The notes below the pieces were generated by a model. The model was not told where the DNA came from and did no database searches. It saw nothing but the letters and a program-made list of their open reading frames with translations. A DNA stretch of 64,000 nt from Naegleria gruberi (taxonomy: Eukaryota), in the NCBI GenBank assembly GCA_000004985.1, contig GG738871.1; one strand, 5' to 3'. The position numbers were made by a program, and so were the translations under genes. This document shows, one piece after another, positions 46,371 to 59,300 of the stretch; positions within the stretch are counted from its first letter, which is position 1; each line of letters starts with the position of its first letter.

Positions 46371-47686
46371 TTATCCATTTAAATCATATTTACAACATGG
46401 ACAAGTGTGGTTTTCCTCTAACCACTTGTCAATACAGTCTCTGTGAAAAATGTGTAAGCAAGGTAATCTCCTTAACTGCTCTCCATTCTGATATTCTTCC
46501 ATGCAAAATGTACAATTATTATCATCAAAATTATGTTGATTATTGTTAAATATTGTTATTGGAAGATTAGTCAATAAATCCTTATTGACACCAATTTTGA
46601 TATTAGCCTCATCCAATCTTAATAACTCCTCATAAGACTCCTCTCCTGTAAAGTTTTGAACACTTGAGCTAAGGGGATTAGCAGTACGAATATTTGATGC
46701 GAAGGAAGGAGCACTATAGTTTCCTCCAAGATTATTAGAAATTAATTCATCAAAGTTTGTAACTCTAGATTGATAGCTAGCAAATTCTTCTTGTTGCAAT
46801 CTTCTGGCTAAGATTTCATCCTCAGAAAGGTTATGTTGTGTAGACGCTGATGCTCGAGAATTATTGGATGAGGAAGATGCTTCTGATGAGCTACTACTAG
46901 TCGTAGTAGTAGATCTTGGAAGAAGTAGTCTCGATTGTGCAGTCTTGGACTTTGAAGCTATTGAGGGTCTCAGTGAGGGATTTCTAACAGGCTTAATTTC
47001 AGAAACTCTCTGAGTGGTCGATGTTGTTGACCCAACCTCTATTGCTCTTTTTACTGCTGATGTTGATGATGTTGGGGTAGCAGATTTTGTTGATGATGAC
47101 GAGGTGTTAGTTTTTGTTAATATAGAGGAAGAGTGTGGAATTCTTGTTGGAGTTAGAGTAGATGGTGGTTTGTATAATGATGGTTGAACTGTGGCAATAG
47201 TTGGTGGTGAATCTTTGTTTTTTCCTATTATTGCAAGATCATCATTTCCAGAGTTTAAATGTACTGCTGATCCACTTGGAGATTTGTCCTTTGCTCGTAA
47301 TTGTCTTTTCAGAGCATCATTACTAGCCTCTAATTGTTTAATCAATTCTTTAGCTCGCCCTAATTCATCTTCCAAATATTTGATCTTTTTATCCTTTTCT
47401 TGTGTTTCCCTGCAGAATTTTATAATAAATTATTACTAATAATTACTAGTACATACACCTCAAAACCACTGATTTTAATGGCTGCCTCCTCTAAAGCTAA
47501 CTCCAAGGCATAAGAGTTGGTGTTCGGATTTCCAAAGTCGTGGAAGGTATTTTGCATTTTTATTTTTGTTGGTTTGCAATTTTCGTTGTTGAGCGGTAAA
47601 TTTTGGCGGCAAACAATAGTTTCCTCAATCAACACCACTTTCTTTGGTAATGAGGATGATCTTTTGGTGTTGTTAATCTTTTTCAT
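46371..47686 (-). CDS. RING-H2 E3 ubiquitin ligase with an N-terminal helical region. About complement(join(46371..47409,47467..47686)).
   Basis: C-terminal RING-H2 CTFCMEEY...LPCLHIFHRDCIDKWL...CPCC. The N-terminal exon (MKKINNTK...LALEEAAIKIS) joins via a 57-nt intron. The donor choice GTTTTG is uncertain. Confidence 0.6.
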
Positions 47687-49598
47687 ACATTCTTTTTAAT
47701 TCTTTGAGGTAGGTAGTACTATTTACAATACAAGTTCCTCCAAGAATGACAGATTTGAAATTGTCATCAAGTTGATTAAGTGAGCTAATAACACCTAACT
47801 GAAGTGATTTTTGTTCCTCTTCCTTTCTTCTTGATTTGTTATTGAATAACTCTACAGTAGACGCTTCCTCATAAGTGATACCTCCAACAATAAATACAAT
47901 TACTTCTTGTGGAACTTCTCTTGATGTCAATCCCATAAATGGATAATCTGTGAGGGATAACTTTCCTTTAAATAATTGATCCAATGTATCATAAAGACGA
48001 GGTTTGTGTTGAGTGAAAACATTTAAAACTTCCTGATCTTTGAATTCATTGGCCACCTTTTTAAATAACTCTTTGAAAGAAATAGAGGTTGGCTCCTCAT
48101 CGAACAAACCTTTGGTACGTTTTGCCTTACCTCCGTGTTCAATAGCATTGTCAATCAAACCAATGTCCTCAACACCATTTCTACGAAGAATAGTCTTTAA
48201 GGTTCTTATATTATCAATATTATCTTCATATCTCAAAGCATAAAGAATTACCAAACGAAGAGCATCCTTTTCAGATGTTGTTTCTCTACTCAATATGTCT
48301 TTCAAAGCTTCAAAATTTTTGTTATGATTTTTTCCACAAACAATCTCCTGCTCAACCTCACTAACATCTAAGAGTTTACGCTTAGCCACAATAGATCTCA
48401 ATTCTGTAACCATAGTGACATGCTTCTCTGTTTCTTGTTGTTGCTTCTTAAATGATGGGAAATTTTGCATAAAATTGGCCAAATCCTCAATTGTCTGGAT
48501 GCTTTCCTTCATGTTGTGATTTTCTTGGAAGACTTCTACAACCTGCTTTACATTTTTACACAAATCTCCCCAGTTTTCATACATATTGTTCGAGTAAAAT
48601 TCGTCATATTGAGCTGAAAATACTTCCTCTCTCTTGGTTGATGGATATTTGATAACATTGTTTTTAAGGCCAATCAACTCATGAATCATAGCTTGATACG
48701 TCCATTGCATTAAAAGAGGTGTCACTGGATCATCTCTACGATCAATTATTAGTACAATTGGTTGAGGAGGGGCTTTAGTATGGTATCTTGTTTCGTAATC
48801 CATTTTGAAATCAAAAATGCCATTATCATGACTATTTGTTGAGATTTTTTCACCAAGCTCGGTAGCAATCTTTTTACAAATATCTGATGATTGTTGAAAT
48901 CTAATAATTGGTCTCTTTTTTAGTGAAATTAATGAACTTGACAAGCCATCAATAATTCTACGAAAGGCAATGTCATCCCATGAATTATTCAGTATTGATG
49001 CTGTACTTGAAATATTGAGGGAAAATATTGATTTATCCACAGCTAAATAATCTGTAAAATATTCAAATACATTCTTAACTAGTTCATGTTTGTCACTTGA
49101 GGCAAGTTTTTCTAACAAGTGTTGACTAATTACATTTGAAAAATCTTTTTTGCATAATGTTTAAAATTTTCAACTTGAATAAAACTTACAAATATTATAT
49201 GATTGATACTTTGGATTAACAAGTTCTGCCTTAAGTAATTCCACATTACCATTCGTTGGCCTGACAAATACTATTGCTCTCATATTCTTGAGTGATTGTC
49301 TTGCTTCATTTTGCAGCACATCAACGAGAAAGACATTCTTTTGCATGATGGAGCTGAATGGTGTGACCACAGAAATTATATCTTTCTATCATCGGAACAC
49401 ATAGTTGATCAGAATTCTATTATTCTATTCTACTAGTACACTTACTGTAAATTCATCAAGAATTAATACTTTCACTCCACTCACACTGTCAACCATATCT
49501 AAAATATATTCGTTAATTGACTTGGCAACATTCATTCTCCTTTGATCCTCTGCTGTTTGTACAGCATTATTTGATGATGGATTATTGTTGTTGAGCAT
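47673..49598 (-). CDS. VPS45: Sec1/Munc18-family protein VPS45. complement(join(47673..49144,49190..49385,49446..49598)).
   Basis: Collinear with human VPS45 throughout: KVLILDEFT|KDIISVVTPF, PKYQSYNI|YFSNVIS, and LLDVSEVEQEIVCG versus LLEVSEVEQELACQ. Introns are 60 nt (GTAAGT) and 45 nt (GTAAGT). Confidence 0.85.
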
Positions 49599-49830
49599 TT
49601 TTATTTGATGTTGTTTTCAAATTGTTTTCTATTTGTATCACTTTCCATGTTTATGAAACAACGGATCGATAGAAGCCCTTTCAACGTTTATTGATGACAA
49701 ATCAAACTCTTCCTGTTACAATAAATCTAGGAGTGAAAAGAATGATTGAATCCTATTTTAATCTTCTACAATTAAAAATTGATTAACTTTGAGGGTTGAG
49801 AAACAGCAGCAATCAAAATCTTAAAAAAAA

Positions 49831-51067
49831 ATGAGCGTAAAAACCAAGGCTTCTCTGCCTTCACAAGAATCATCGAATTCTTCCTCTCAAAAATTTCTCA
49901 TCATCTCTGGTTTATTGTTGGGATTTTCGATTGTTTTTCGCTTTGTTAATAGACAATTGGATTCCGAAACGAATCAATCCTTCTTCGGAGATATTATTAA
50001 TGTTTTCTCCTCCTTTTTATTTACAGTTTTATTGATTATGTTTTCTCTCTGTATATTAATGTGCTCTATATTATTCTTGTTACTTTTCCGTAAAGGAAAA
50101 CCAACACATATTCAATCATCAAATGCTGGTATTGATATTTCTAGTAAAGTAATTGTTAGTGAGAAGGCAATTAATGATATCAATGACGAAAGTGTATTTT
50201 TCGTTAGAGAACAAGAAAGTGATGACGGAGATTGCAAATGGTTGAACATTATTCTCAATAGAGTTTTACAACAATATTTCTATAAGAATGCTTCTAAAAT
50301 CAAAAAACAAATTTTACAAAAAGTTTCAGAGGAAATGAAATTACCAGATTTTGTTGGAGATTTACAAATTAAAGATTTGAATTTTGGATCAAAATCACCA
50401 TATTTTAAGACCATTTCTGCAAAGGAAGATAGAAATGGATTGCAAGTTGATATTGCTGTAGTTTATGATGATCCAAAAACAAAGATTCACCTCGGAACTG
50501 AAATTTGGATTAATTATCCAGTTAAGAGATTTGCCTCATTCCCAATTCAATTTGCCATTGAAAATATTTTCCTTGATGCTAAGGTATGTTAAATTTAGGA
50601 ATATGATTCAGATCTTACCTTGTGCTAAATAGATGAGAGTAATTTTATCACCAGATTTCAAATTGCTCAAGTTCTGTTTCCTCAAACAACCAAACTTTGA
50701 TTTGATCTTTTCTAATGAATTTGGACATCATTCTTCACTTCAAAACTTGCCAATCTTGACTGACATTATTAATAGACAAATTTACCTCTTATTGAGTGAA
50801 ACATTGGTAGCTCCTAACTTTATTGAAATACCAATCCCAGAACCAAGTGAAAAAAAGACTAAGAAGAGTGAACAAGAAGATGAAGCTGATGTTCAAGCTG
50901 ATAATGGAGAATACTCTAGTGATGATTTAGAAAGTAATAATGACGATGAATTATCTTCAAGAGGAAGTGATGATGAAGATACAATTGAAGAGGATCAATC
51001 AAGACAAAGAATAACAAATAGAAAGACTAAACGTTCTACTACTAGGCCAACATCCAACAAGAAGTAA
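49831..51067 (+). CDS. TM-anchored SMP-domain lipid-transfer protein (Nvj2/TEX2-like). join(49831..50583,50633..51067).
   Basis: N-terminal TM, then an SMP-like block CKWLNIILNRVLQQYF...LPDFVGDLQIKDLNFGSKSPYF...LQVDIAVVY. The 49-nt intron is GTATGT...GTGCTAAATAG. Acidic C-terminal tail. Confidence 0.5.
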
Positions 51068-51184
51068 ATATCCATTATTTAAAAAACAATAAATCAATAA
51101 TATAATTTTAAATAATAATTGTTATTAATATATGTCGAATTTTACAATCTGTTAAATACTCCGCTATCCAAGAAAAGCTTTCAT

Positions 51185-51484
51185 CTATTGATCCTTTGTT
51201 GATTCAATAACATCTACAATTTGTTTCACTTTCTTGCTCAAACGGGCAAGATTTGTTGTTGATGTAGTGATTTGAGAACCTTGTTCGGATGATTGTTTTT
51301 CAAGGGCAGCAATTCTCTTTTCCAATTGTTCAGCTTCACTAACAGCTTGTTTAACAAAATTATGTGTATCCATTATAGTACTTTCCAAAGCACGGGATGT
51401 GTTATAAACATCTCTACGAAGATAATAATAAGAAAATGTTGTGCCGGTAATAGCTCCCAAAGCGAATGGTAATAATCTGCTCAT
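51185..51484 (-). CDS. Small membrane-anchored coiled-coil protein, possibly mitochondrial inner membrane (MICOS Mic12-like).
   Basis: MSRLLPFALGAITGTTFSYYYL helix then coiled coil. ATG at 51484 in A-rich context. The family call is weak. Confidence 0.3.
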   Translation of the reverse strand: MSRLLPFALGAITGTTFSYYYLRRDVYNTSRALESTIMDTHNFVKQAVSEAEQLEKRIAALEKQSSEQGSQITTSTTNLARLSKKVKQIVDVIESTKDQ

Positions 51485-52020
51485 TTTTTGTTGTTGGTGT
51501 GCTTTTTGATTGTTGTTGTTTGATAAACAAAGTAATTTTAATAATATCAATATTTGGTCATGTTGAGGATTGGTATTAACCTTCAACTGCTCTAATAACT
51601 TGTCGTGAAAATTAATAGTATTATTTGAAATTAAATTGTATAGAATTTTTCATCAGTTTTCTATTTATTTTCTCCTTCAAACTGCAAATTGAACTGTAAA
51701 ACAGAACACGGTTTTCAGAAATTAATTGACAAGAATAAATTTTGTTTGGTGTAATCATGAGTATGTTAGCCATTAATACAACCAACATTCTAATATCGAT
51801 TGACGAATTAATTATCAGAATTGAGTCCAACATTTTGAGGTTGAAGGCTTTTCTCTCTTAAAAATGGCTGGTAAAATTCTCATTGTAAACAGATATATGA
51901 CTTGGTAAACCACTGAATGCCATAAATTTTGTTGAAAAAAAATCGCAAAAAGGTAACTATAGCTCGCATTTTTTATTGCTCACTCTAAACTCTAACTTGT
52001 TTGACAAACAAAAAACAGAG

Positions 52021-52446
52021 ATGAACTCAAATAAGCAAGCTTTCAAGGTTTTCACCTACAGAGGTCACAATTTGGACGCCCTCATGGCCATGGAAAATGA
52101 CGAATTGAAGAATTTGTTCACTTCTGCTCTTAGAAGAAGAATTGGTAAGGGTATCTCCAAGAAGTACAAGACTTTGATCGAAAAGGCTCAAAAGAAGAGA
52201 GACACTGCTCCATACGGTGAAAAGCCAGACGCTGTCAAGACTCACTTGAGAGATATGATCATCTTGCCAAGCATGATTGGTTGTGTTATTGGTGTTTACC
52301 AAGGAAAGGACTACGTCTCCGTTGAAATCAAGCCAGAAATGGTTGGTATGAAGTTGTCTGATTTCTCCCTCACTTACAGACCAGTTAAGCACGGTAAGCC
52401 AGGTATCGGTGCTACTTCTTCATCTAAGTTCGTCCCATTGAAGTAA
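52021..52446 (+). CDS. RPS15: 40S ribosomal protein S15 (uS19).
   Basis: KVFTYRG...KTHLRDMIILPSMIGCVIGVYQGK...VEIKPEMVGMKLSDFSLTYRPVKHGKPGIGAT matches RPS15 almost throughout. Codon usage is strongly optimal (TTG/AAG/AGA/GGT). Confidence 0.95.
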   Translation: MNSNKQAFKVFTYRGHNLDALMAMENDELKNLFTSALRRRIGKGISKKYKTLIEKAQKKRDTAPYGEKPDAVKTHLRDMIILPSMIGCVIGVYQGKDYVSVEIKPEMVGMKLSDFSLTYRPVKHGKPGIGATSSSKFVPLK

Positions 52447-52544
52447 ATCATTTATCATAATAAATTAAATATTAAAAAAAACAATTATAAAAATTGGGAT
52501 TTTATTTTGTTATTAAAATTCATTTTGAAAGTTATTTTTGTAAA

Positions 52545-53189
52545 TTAAACAAGGGATTTTACTTTTTCAAAATAGGGAGAAATACTCCAAGATTGAGAAT
52601 AGAAAGCCAGAGTGGTGTTGCTGAGAGAAGTACTTCCTTGTGAATCGTCTTTCTTCTTTGATTGATTTTCATTCAAAAATTCCTTTCGGTCTGTTGTTGT
52701 CATTCGTTTGCATTCTGAAAGTATGAGTTCTTTCATGGTGTAATCCTTTTGTAACAATTCTATTATTGATTGAAGATACAGATTTTGTTTCTCAGTTGTG
52801 CAGGTTGACAGTAAAGTAATCAATTCCTGTAAATATCCATTCATTGTGACATGTATTAAATTATTCAATCTGGTAACAAGATTAAGAATTTCCGAATATA
52901 CTTTTCTGGTCACATTCTGTTTTAAAACATCTCCTATTACCATTGGACATTGTTGAAATACTCCCCAGTAAGGACTCTCCATATAGTCTTCTTCAATTAA
53001 TGATTTTTCCAGACCCGATAAAATATCATTTCCATCCAAAATCGTTTCTCCCCATTTTTGAATTATTAATTTAACTTTTGGTAGTATCAACCCGAGTGGA
53101 TTTAAACTTGATGTATTGTTATTCTTACTATTTACATATTGTTCCGATTGTTTGTGTTGTTGCTGATTATTGTTGGCTTTTAAACTCAT
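52545..53189 (-). CDS. Hypothetical protein.
   Basis: ORF beginning with an ATG that overlaps the stop of the upstream gene (ATGA). The N-terminus is N/Q-rich, followed by a helical domain. No family. Confidence 0.35.
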   Translation of the reverse strand: MSLKANNNQQQHKQSEQYVNSKNNNTSSLNPLGLILPKVKLIIQKWGETILDGNDILSGLEKSLIEEDYMESPYWGVFQQCPMVIGDVLKQNVTRKVYSEILNLVTRLNNLIHVTMNGYLQELITLLSTCTTEKQNLYLQSIIELLQKDYTMKELILSECKRMTTTDRKEFLNENQSKKKDDSQGSTSLSNTTLAFYSQSWSISPYFEKVKSLV

Positions 53190-53776
53190 TTTTTCTTTTC
53201 TTTCAAAAACTTTTTTGTCTTTTCATCTTCTCTTTTACTTCTTTCTAAATATTCTTTCATGAGATCTTCATCCATGGATGATGATTTTGTGGAGTTGTTA
53301 GAGGATGATTTCTTCTTTTCTGATGATTTTTGAGTGGCTTGATCTACTACTTTGGATTGACTTGGTGTTATAGGAGTATTGGTAATAATATTATTTTGAG
53401 AATTTACCACTTTGTGAAATAATGATTTTGAGTCATAGTTCAATACATCTTTAAAGGTGGTAATTTTAGAGTTGTTAATCAATGATTCTTCAGTTTTCTT
53501 CTTTTCAATATTTAAATTTGAAGGTGAAGTAGTGGTAGGATCCTTCCGAGAGTGATCAATCACCTTAACTTGTTCAATTGTTGAATTTGATTTTACTTTT
53601 TTAAATTGTTCATAATTTTCTTCCGATTGTTCCTTCTTTCTCTTTCGTTCTTGTTCTTTTTGTTTTTCATTTTCAATAGATTTAATCTTGTTTACTTTTT
53701 CTCTGTTTTTTTCTGAAGAGATGTGCCACGATTTTTTAGAGAGCAAATCAGACATTTTTTTATTATTTAAATTCAA
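53186..53776 (-). CDS. CWC25/CIR-N-terminal-domain splicing-factor-like protein.
   Basis: N-terminus MSDLLSKKSWHISSEKNREKV matches the Cwc25/CIR N-terminal motif (KKSWHP...N.EKVW). K/E/S-rich tail. Confidence 0.45.
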   Translation of the reverse strand: MNLNNKKMSDLLSKKSWHISSEKNREKVNKIKSIENEKQKEQERKRKKEQSEENYEQFKKVKSNSTIEQVKVIDHSRKDPTTTSPSNLNIEKKKTEESLINNSKITTFKDVLNYDSKSLFHKVVNSQNNIITNTPITPSQSKVVDQATQKSSEKKKSSSNNSTKSSSMDEDLMKEYLERSKREDEKTKKFLKEKKK

Positions 53777-53807
53777 TAAATATTACAATTTCCTTAATTT
53801 ACAATAC

Positions 53808-54748
53808 TTAATTCAATTTGATATTGTTACTTTCCTTTTCATAGACAGCATCTTCATCAGATCCTCTCAAAATTAAACGATCATCACTATCTGGAATGTC
53901 AACAATTAAAGAGTGGAATGTGAAACGATTTCTAATAATATTTAAAATTCCACTCTTTCTAGAAGCATCACAAGAAATCATGGCAGTCTTTTTGTTTGGA
54001 TCTTGAAGTTGGAAAATGAGTTGAACTCTTTTTGGTTTCCAGAATTGAAGCTTTCTAATAAGTGGAACATCGTGAGCATTATTAAAATCTGGATAAGTGT
54101 ATGAGTAAGCTCTGAATTTTCCAGGAGTGAGTGGAGTGAGCATATTATCTCTGACACTCTTATTGGCTAAAACCTTTTTAACAGCAGCTTTATAAACAGC
54201 TGATGGACTAATACTGAATGAAACAACTGCCAAATAACTAAGTCCACATGAAATTAAACCAGTGAAGAAACCAGTGTAAAATGAAACTGTAGCAACATTC
54301 TTAAATGTGATAGAACTCAACCAATCAGTAATTTCCCAAACTATTCAACTATTTAATATTAAAATCCAATATACATACCAATCCACAAAACACCAAATAT
54401 TGCTGTTGAAATGATGGCATATCTTACAAAGTACATTTTCCAAAATTTAACAAGAAGTGGAATGTTAATATCTGGTCTATCTTCATCCATAATACGTTCC
54501 TTATCGTTGAAAACTTCAACAGGGACAATTTCCTTTTCCAAATCCCTTTCTTCTTCATAAATAAATAATTTTTCATCCTTCTTTTGTGGAGTTTTATTTT
54601 CTTGTTTTACTTGATTATTCTTTGAATGGAATGAAGCCACAATAAAAGATCTGTTATTAATATGTACAGATGTAATTTTTGTTGTTGGTGATGAAAAGAG
54701 TGATGGCTTGGCTGTTTTATGGGCCAAGGAAATTACACGTTTGAACAT
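53808..54748 (-). CDS. TIM21: Mitochondrial import inner-membrane translocase subunit TIM21. complement(join(53808..54340,54379..54748)).
   Basis: TM segment then an IMS domain with SPSAVYKAAV (cf. yeast SPTAIYNRAV), ...LILRGS. The 38-nt GTATGT intron is placed at phase 1. Confidence 0.65.
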
Positions 54749-54856
54749 TTTTTTTGATTGAATAAAGTTCAATGATCTTAAATTATTAAATTGATAATAA
54801 TAATATTTGCATTGCAATGATATAAATTATTTAATTTCCTATTAGTTTAAACAAAA

Positions 54857-55850
54857 TTATTCAGTCTTCTTAGCTTTTTCAGCCTTCTTCTTAGCAATTG
54901 CTCTAGCATTTTGTTGTCTCAAATTAAAGAACAAAATAAAGAATGAAATAACAATGAAATCACCTGACAATGAACCAATCAATGAACCAGTACAAGTGTT
55001 TCCCTTAGGTCTTTCCCAGAAGATTTCAACATATGAGTAAGCAGTGAAAGCAGCAGCATCAAAAATGAATTGAGTTAATTGAATATCAGTCAAATACATC
55101 TTCCACCAGACATCAAAACCTAAAGTGACCTTCATGTAGTAATAGTACATAACAATGTGAACAAAAGTATTCAAAATAATTGGAATCCATTGTCCAGTAC
55201 CTCCACTGTACAATCCATAATAACAAATTGACATTGTGGTGACATGGTGATAGGTGTGAATAAATCTGAGTCTAGATCTTCTGATAACAAGGAGGAAAGT
55301 ATCAAAAAGTTCTACATATTTAGACAAGTAATACTATTATTTAAAATTTAAAAATTCAATTTAAAAATTCAATCATGTGAAAACATACCATGTAGGTCCA
55401 GAATGGAATATAACCAACGTTATACTTATGTTCAGGGTCACACAACAAACTGTAGAAACCATCCTTCAATCCAATAGAAGTAACTTCAAACAACAATCCA
55501 AAGAAACAGACAAGGGAAATAACAGTCATATTCAAATTATGTAAAAAGGCTAAAACCTTCAAAATCTTTTGTACAAAGGTTGGATTCTTATGTTCTTGTT
55601 CCATTTCCTCTCTGGACTTGGTACCAAGAATAAAACTAAGAGTATAGGAAACAACAAGATATCCGACCAAAGTCAAACCAATAGATGGTAAACTGGAGAG
55701 AGGAGCAGCATCTTGGTCCCAGTTAAATTTGCCACCAACTTCGAGGTAGGTTTCATGAATAGAATTCAATGAAGTAATATCGAGCTTGTGATAAGCATCA
55801 ACAAAAGTCTGCAATGTTGTGAGTGGTAACTCTGGATGTGTGGAAGACAT
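54857..55850 (-). CDS. ELO-family fatty-acid elongase. complement(join(54857..55333,55389..55850)).
   Basis: HxxHH box LRFIHTYHH. FWTYM|YYLSKYVELFDTFLLVIRR lies across a 55-nt GTATGT intron. Multiple TM helices and a K-rich C-terminus. Confidence 0.85.
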
Positions 55851-56335
55851 TTTTTTGTGCTGAGTTTTTTTGTACGCTGTTAAAAAGTCGAAAAGCTAAC
55901 GGTACTTGAAAGTTACGATTTTTAGGCGGCAAACTTCCTTTTACTGGTATTGTTACCAATAACACTCTTGGTGTTGTGGTAATCCTCCTCAATGATTGTT
56001 ATGGAGTTTGAGACGTTGAGGTTTCTTCTTGCTGAATTGTGCTTGATGATTCTTTTAAAAAGAAAATGGAAGATTGGTATCCTATCGTTATCATTCTATG
56101 AGGATTCAAATTCAGTGTTGATGAAGTGATTGAGTTTTTTTTTGAGGGAAGATTTAAGATTTGTTTCTTGGCTGTAGATACAATAGTAGAGACAAACGGT
56201 CCTTGTAACAAGATAAATCGAGTCATTAGTGAATATCACACCTAAACTACTGCTGCAAGTGTTACAGCTAAACCAAATACTCTGTATGACTCAGGTCATG
56301 CGTTGGCAAAAACTATTTTTCATCATTAAATAAAA

Positions 56336-59300
56336 AATGTCTAATCATTCAAAGGGTGCGTTGTCGATTTTATTTAGATTCTAAAAACTGTTTTTTAATT
56401 GTATCTGTGATTACCGATCCGTGGTTATTATATTGTACAAAACTTAAATCATCGGATGAATATATTGTGATGGTTGGAAAATAGAATTTTTCGAGCTTAT
56501 CCGTGGAATTGGTGAAGCCAAATCTAAACAAGAGGAAGATAAACTCATCCTCAAGGAAATGGCTATTCTCAAAACAGGAATGGAAAATCCAAAAGTTACT
56601 TTGGTACGTTTAATCTATTTTACTTTCCGTTCGAAAATTTTCATTTAGAAATTGATGAAGGAATATATGGTTAGACTTTTATATTGTGAAATGCTCGGAC
56701 ATGATGCATCATTCGGATATGTTAATGCTATTAAACTCACATCAAGTAAGGAAATGTTGGAAAAGAGAATGGGTTATTTGGCTGTTACTCTCTGTTTACC
56801 TCCAGACCATGAATTATTATTATTATTGATTTCAAATTTACAAAACGATATGAAATCTACTAATTTTGTATCTGCTTGTTGTGCTTTAACAGCAGCAGCT
56901 AAGATTGTAAATGAGGAAACAGTACCTGCTCTTCTTCCACAAGTACTTGAATTGAGAAAACACGCTAAACCAATAGTAAGAAAGAAGGTTATTTCAACCC
57001 TCCAAAGATTTTATCAAATCAGTCCTTCATCAGTGCCAGACATTGTTGAATACGCTAAGGAATCACTTTGCGATAGAGATCCATCTGTTATGGGTGCTTC
57101 ACTTTGCTTAATTTATGATCTTTTAGTCTCACAAGAATATACAAGACAACTCAAGGATCTTGTACCAGGTCTTGTTGCTATCCTTAAACAAATTATTGAA
57201 AGAAGATTATCAAGAGATTTTGATTATCACAGACTTCCTGCTCCTTGGATTCAAATTCATGTATTGAAATGTTTGGCTTTACTTTGTGCTGATGATAGAC
57301 AATCTTCTGAGTTGGTTTATGAAGTTTTACGTGATGGTATGCAAAGAGCTGATACTGGTCTTAACATTGGACATGCTGTGGTTTTTGAATTTGTGAAAAC
57401 AATTACAACTATTTATCCAAATAACTTACTATTGGAAAGTGCTGCTAGTGCTATTAGTAGATTTATTACAAGCTCAAATCATAATCTCAAGTATTTGGGT
57501 ATTCAATCCCTTACTCAAATTGTTAAAATCAATCCAAAGTACGCCATTCAACATCAAATGGTAGTTATTAATTGTTTGGAAGATACTGATGAAACTTTGA
57601 GAAGAAGAACATTGGAATTACTTTTCACCATGACAAATGCTAACAACGTTACTGTTATTGTGAAGAGACTTTTGGAATTTGCTAAAAAGTCTATTGATGC
57701 TCACATGAGAAAGGATCTTATTGAAAGAATTTCAATTCTTGCTAAGAATTTCTCACCAAGTATTCCTTGGTACCTTGACACTATGAATAGCCTTTTTGAG
57801 ATTGATCCACAATATATTCCTCAAGAATCTCTCCAAAATATGATGAGTGTTATTGGTGAAGGAGTTGGTGTTGAAGAAGATGATGCTGAAATGAGAAGTC
57901 ACTGTGTTGAAACTTTCTGTAATGTTGTAGATTCAAAGAATGTTATTCACGATCTTCACATGCAAGTTATTGCTTGGGTTTTGGGAGAATATAGTTATAT
58001 GAATGAATCTTATGATTCTTCTGATATTTTGGCTAAGTTATGCGAATTAGTTGAAAGACAGTTGGAATTTGAGGAAACTAGATGTTGGATTATTACAGCT
58101 ATGCTCAAGATTATCGCTCAATGTAAATATGCTTCTCCTGAAATTGTTGAATACTTTAGAAAGTACAAAGATTCCAAGAATGTTGATTTACAACAACGTT
58201 GTTATGAAGGTATTGCTCTTGTTGATGCATGTGAAAGATGTGGATGGGATGATATCATGGATGCAGTTCTTCCACTTGATGGAGCTTATGAGGATATTGA
58301 AGTTGATTCCAAATTGAGCTTTGGTCAAGAGTATGTTAATGGTTTATTGAGAAAGGGAGCTAAAAAGTATTTGAGCACTGATGATCAACGTCAAGTTCTT
58401 TCTGATGTTGCCACAAAGCCTGCTAAACGCCAACTCAAGTTTGACAAATATGAAAATCCAACTTCTTCAGTACCAGTTAGCACTAATATTATTGAAAACG
58501 CTCCTATTGATCTTGCTTCTGCTAGAGCCAACACCAACACCATGAATAATTCGACAATTAGCACTTCTCTTCCAAAGAAGAAGGGAGGCAAATGGGGTTC
58601 AGAAGATACTATTCCTGAAGAGCCTGTCAAGGAACCTACACCTTCTGTTGTGACTCCAAGTGAACCAAAGCATACTTCTCCATACTCTGATTCTCATTCA
58701 CCTGTTACAAAACCATCAGCTGAGCCAAAGGTTGACACCAAGACTATGAAGAAGCTTAATCAATTTGGAGGTATGTTTTTGGGTATGGATGGTGGTTCTG
58801 GTGCTGCAGGCGGTTCTTCAACTGCTAAACCAAAGAAGCAACCAGCTAAACCTGCTCAAAGAAAATTATCAAAGGGACATACTCACAAGCCACAACCTTC
58901 TCTCTTTGAAGAAGAAATTGTTCCTTCCAATTCACAATCAACCAAAGTATCTACACCTGGTGATATTTTCAATGATTTTGAAACAATGACTATTCACACA
59001 CCTTCTCAACCACAACAAACACGTCAACAACCTGTTGTTCAAAAATCATCAAATCCATTGGATGATTTCTTTGATTTGACATCAGCACCTGTTCTTACTC
59101 CATCTCAACCTGCTAAGAGTAATGACCTCTTAGATTTTGGACAAATTCTTGAACCAACAAAGGCGGTTAAGAATCAACCAAGACCAATGGATACTCTTCA
59201 ACCACAAAATAAGTTGAAAAAGACTACCAATCTCATTCAACAAATTTCCTCAACTTATCCAAGTTCCTTCAAGGATTTGACACAATTAGCAAGAGATGAT

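Noticed and set aside
51936-52020. Possible 5' UTR or ATG-proximal intron upstream of RPS15 (GTAACT...CTAAC...AACAG)
   Set aside because: The RPS15 protein encoded from ATG 52021 already has a complete, conserved N-terminus (MNSNKQAFKVFTYRG). No upstream coding exon is needed, so an intron is unsupported without transcript data.
55999-56226. Small ORFs 55999..56226, 55798..55992, 46169..46378 and 51621..51833
   Set aside because: They fall in promoter or spacer regions or overlap gene ends. They show no homology and their codon usage is poor.
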